A DNA stretch of 64,000 nt from the NCBI GenBank assembly GCA_945865725.1, contig CAMBEO010000001.1, positions 51,102 through 115,101 of the forward strand, given 5' to 3'. A program made the position numbers and the translations under genes. The stretch comes from Thermoflexus hugenholtzii JAD2 (GTDB taxonomy: Bacteria > Chloroflexota > UBA11872 > UBA12225). Of this stretch, positions 61,801-64,000 are shown piece after piece. Numbering within the stretch: position 1 is the stretch's first letter; every line of letters starts with the position of its first letter. The notes under the pieces were generated by a model. The model did no database searches and had not been told where the DNA came from. It saw only the letters and a program-made list of their open reading frames with translations.

Positions 61801-62307
61801 TCAACCAAGGCCGCGACGGTAGCGGTCCGAGACCGCGCGGTCCATGTCCCGCTGCGCGTCCCGCTCGGCGATCGACGCGCGCTTGTCGACCGACCGCTTC
61901 CCGCGCGCCACCCCCACCTCGAGCTTGGCGCGCCCGTCCGTCCAGTACATGCGCAACGGCACCAGCGTGTACCCCTGCGTCTGGCTCCCCTCGCGCAACT
62001 TCCGGATCTCCGACCGGTGAAGCAGCAACTTGCGGGTCCGGCGCGGCTCGTGGTTCTGGTACGTCCCGTGCGCGTACGGCGGGATGTGCACGCCCTCGAG
62101 CCACACCTCGCCCAAGTGCACGCGCACGTACCCCTCGCCAATGGTCATCCGGCCGGCGCGCAACGACTTGACCTCCGTGCCCGTGAGCACGATGCCCGCC
62201 TCGTAGCGTTCCTCGACCGCGTAATCGTGAAACGCCCGCCGGTTGACGGCGATGTTCACCTGGTCATCCCCACCCCCGAACCGCTTGTCGCTGCTCCGTC
62301 CGGCCAC
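61801..62307 (-). CDS. smpB: SsrA-binding protein SmpB
   Basis: NRRAFHDYAVEERYEAGIVLTGTEVKSLRAGRMTIGEGYV...LLLHRSEIRKL...GYTLVPLRMYW.DGRAKLEVGVARGKR. Confidence 0.95.
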   Translation of the reverse strand: MAGRSSDKRFGGGDDQVNIAVNRRAFHDYAVEERYEAGIVLTGTEVKSLRAGRMTIGEGYVRVHLGEVWLEGVHIPPYAHGTYQNHEPRRTRKLLLHRSEIRKLREGSQTQGYTLVPLRMYWTDGRAKLEVGVARGKRSVDKRASIAERDAQRDMDRAVSDRYRRGLG

Positions 62308-62331
62308 GCCCGTGCCTCCCGCCCTCCAAGC

Positions 62332-63006
62332 CTACGCGCCCGTCGCGCCCGGCCGCCCGGCGCCGGCCGGTGCAGCATCCCCGCCGTCCCCTCCGTCCGC
62401 GTCGTCGACGTCGTCGACGTCGTCGCACGCGCCGTCGTCGCCCCCGGCGCCATCATCGACAGGCGCCAGCCCGGCCGCCATGAGGTAGCCCCGGGCGCGC
62501 TCGGTGAGCGGGTACCGCGCGACCAGGCGCCAGAACGCGGGTCCATGCCCGGCCACCCGCAGGTGCGCCAGTTCATGCACGAGGACGTAGTCGCGGACCC
62601 ACGACGGCATCGCGGCCAGGCGGTGGGAGATGCGGATCTCCCTCGTCCGGACGCTGCAACTGCCGTAGCGCGTGTCCTGGTTGGTCACGTACCGCACGCG
62701 GGCCGGCACGAGGGCACCACCGAAGTACTGGCGGGACAGTTCGAGGGCGCGCCGGTGCAGGTCAGCATCGCGACCGGCGATCGCATCGGCACCGTCGCCA
62801 AGCGCGCGCCGCGCCAGTTCCTTGCGCCGGACCCGCGCGACGAAGCGCTCGACCAGCTCAGGCGGCACGTCGACCGGGACGCGGACCTCGAGGGTCCCAT
62901 CGACCACGCGGGCCGAGAGGGTCCGGGTACGCCGCTCGGAAGCGATGACCCGGACGGGGAGGCGCGTGTCGTCTCCGGCCGGACCTCGGGTGGCGCCAAG
63001 CATCAA
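62332..63006 (-). CDS. YgjP-like metallopeptidase (DUF45 / M48-related) with an acidic C-terminal tail
   Basis: ...RYGSCSVRTREIRISHRLAAMPSWVRDYVLVHELAHLRVAGHGPAFW contains the HEXXH motif. Confidence 0.7.
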   Translation of the reverse strand: MMLGATRGPAGDDTRLPVRVIASERRTRTLSARVVDGTLEVRVPVDVPPELVERFVARVRRKELARRALGDGADAIAGRDADLHRRALELSRQYFGGALVPARVRYVTNQDTRYGSCSVRTREIRISHRLAAMPSWVRDYVLVHELAHLRVAGHGPAFWRLVARYPLTERARGYLMAAGLAPVDDGAGGDDGACDDVDDVDDADGGDGGDAAPAGAGRPGATGA

Positions 63007-63081
63007 GGTGACGGGGTCGGCGGTGTCCGCCCGTCACCGCCCTCGCCCCCAGAACGGGACGAGGACGGGTCGAGGCGTGGA

Positions 63082-63369
63082 TCAGGCGCCGGCGGCGACC
63101 GCCGCCTCGGCGTGACTGAGCGACTCGGGGTAGGTCTGCTTGACCGGGACCATCACGTGGAGCAACTTCTCGACCGCCATCGTGTGGCAGCAAATCTTCC
63201 AGCCGGCAAAGAAGTGGCACGTGCACTGCCACGCACCGTCATGGAAGCCGACGTTGTGGTCACCGTTCTCGCCCGAGAATGAGATCGAGAACTGGGTGAA
63301 GCGAACGCGTTCCGGTTCCTGAGCGTACTGCTTGGCCTTCTGGACCTTGCCGATCAAGCTCGACTGCAC
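63082..63369 (-). CDS. small SWIM-type zinc-finger protein (95 aa)
   Basis: WQCTCHFFAGWKICCHT fits CxC-x(n)-CxH. GAAGGGAG lies upstream of the GTG start. Confidence 0.55.
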   Translation of the reverse strand: MQSSLIGKVQKAKQYAQEPERVRFTQFSISFSGENGDHNVGFHDGAWQCTCHFFAGWKICCHTMAVEKLLHVMVPVKQTYPESLSHAEAAVAAGA

Positions 63370-63645
63370 GGTCGCACTCCCTTCGCGCCGCGGCCGGCGC
63401 GCACACGGGCGAGTCTCACGCCCCGGTGCCGCACCCTAGCCAGTGGCGAGGAGCGCCTGCCCCGTAGCCCGCAACCCGAGTATAGACGCGTCTCCGGACC
63501 CGGTCAACGGCCCTTGCCATGCCCGTCCCGGCGCATGCGGTCGGGACCGGCCCCGTACCCTTCCAACGGCCCCGCGCCCCTCCTGCCCCTCCAAGGGCGC
63601 GACACGACCACGCCGGGATATCGTGCCCGCAGGTTCCCGCCACGC

Positions 63646-64000
63646 ATGAGAGCGCTTCTCGTCGCCGACACCGAGGTGCCTTCGCTTTACGACCACTTCC
63701 AGCCGGAACGGTGGGCGACGGCCGGCATCGAGGTGGTCATCTCGTGCGGCGACCTGCGGCCCGCCTACCTCGAGTTCCTCGCCACGATGTTCAACGTGCC
63801 GTGCCTGTTCGTGCGAGGCAACCACGACACCACCTACGCGGCGAACCCGCCCGGGGGGTGGGTGAACCTCGACGGCACGCTTCACCGCGTCGGCGGCATC
63901 GGGTTCTATGGCTTGGAAGGAAGCCCCTGGTACAACGGCGGCCCCGCCCAGTACACCGAGGGGCAGATGGCACGGCGCGCGCGTTGGGCACGCCTTGCCA
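63646..64000 (+). CDS. metallophosphoesterase (calcineurin-like), N-terminal part; continues past the window end
   Basis: MRALLVADTEVP...VVISCGDL...LFVRGNHD gives the D..., GD and GNHD motifs. The frame stays open to the window end. Confidence 0.7.
   Translation, partial: MRALLVADTEVPSLYDHFQPERWATAGIEVVISCGDLRPAYLEFLATMFNVPCLFVRGNHDTTYAANPPGGWVNLDGTLHRVGGIGFYGLEGSPWYNGGPAQYTEGQMARRARWARLA

Noticed and set aside
1-64000. Search for a discrete novel defence or mobile system: reverse transcriptase (DGR or retron), Cas, restriction-modification, toxin-antitoxin pairs, integrase or phage genes.
   Set aside because: No such signatures were recognised in any frame. The only transposase-like sequence is a short C-terminal remnant. 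The unusual content of the window lies in the repeat families and the flagellar gene arrangement.

Overview
Very GC-rich bacterial chromosomal window, judged by eye and not computed. It holds no rRNA, tRNA, CRISPR array, integrase, reverse transcriptase or obvious defence genes. It holds one tmRNA.

Layout:
(1) 1-12.7 kb, minus strand: a flagellar basal-body/export/hook operon in an unusual order. The order is flgC-fliE-fliF-fliG-fliH-fliI-fliJ-SLT transglycosylase-flgB-[about 600 nt structured non-coding spacer]-fliK-flgD-flg_new-flgE.
(2) 13-16 kb: two orphan genes upstream of the operon. One is an Ala-rich coiled-coil protein with about 10 tandem 39-bp repeats. The other is a membrane protein with a receiver-like domain and a CarboxypepD_reg-like domain.
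(3) 16-27 kb: ctaA; an rmlD plus twin GT2-TPR glycosyltransferase operon divergent from flagellin copy 1; a Cys-ladder beta-helix protein; a membrane protein; a RodZ-like protein.
(4) 27-64 kb, mostly housekeeping: rimO, glpD-glpK-APH kinase, accD-accA, an Rmt/Kgm-type 16S rRNA methyltransferase, tgt, a Cho-like GIY-YIG nuclease, nadK, dnaE, MFS, recN, a ThuA/Gfo-Idh-MocA/MFS sugar cluster, GNAT, an orphan second flagellin, nhaA, a second APH-like kinase, two tandem RNase Z-like MBL genes, ssrA, smpB, a DUF45 peptidase, a SWIM protein and a phosphoesterase.

The most unusual layer is not a gene cluster. It is at least three families of GC-rich palindromic or TIR-bounded miniature repeats. They sit in intergenic regions, lie in frame inside dnaE, and supply the C-terminal tails and stop codons of rimO and recN.

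All functional calls come from reading the translations by eye. No database search was run.
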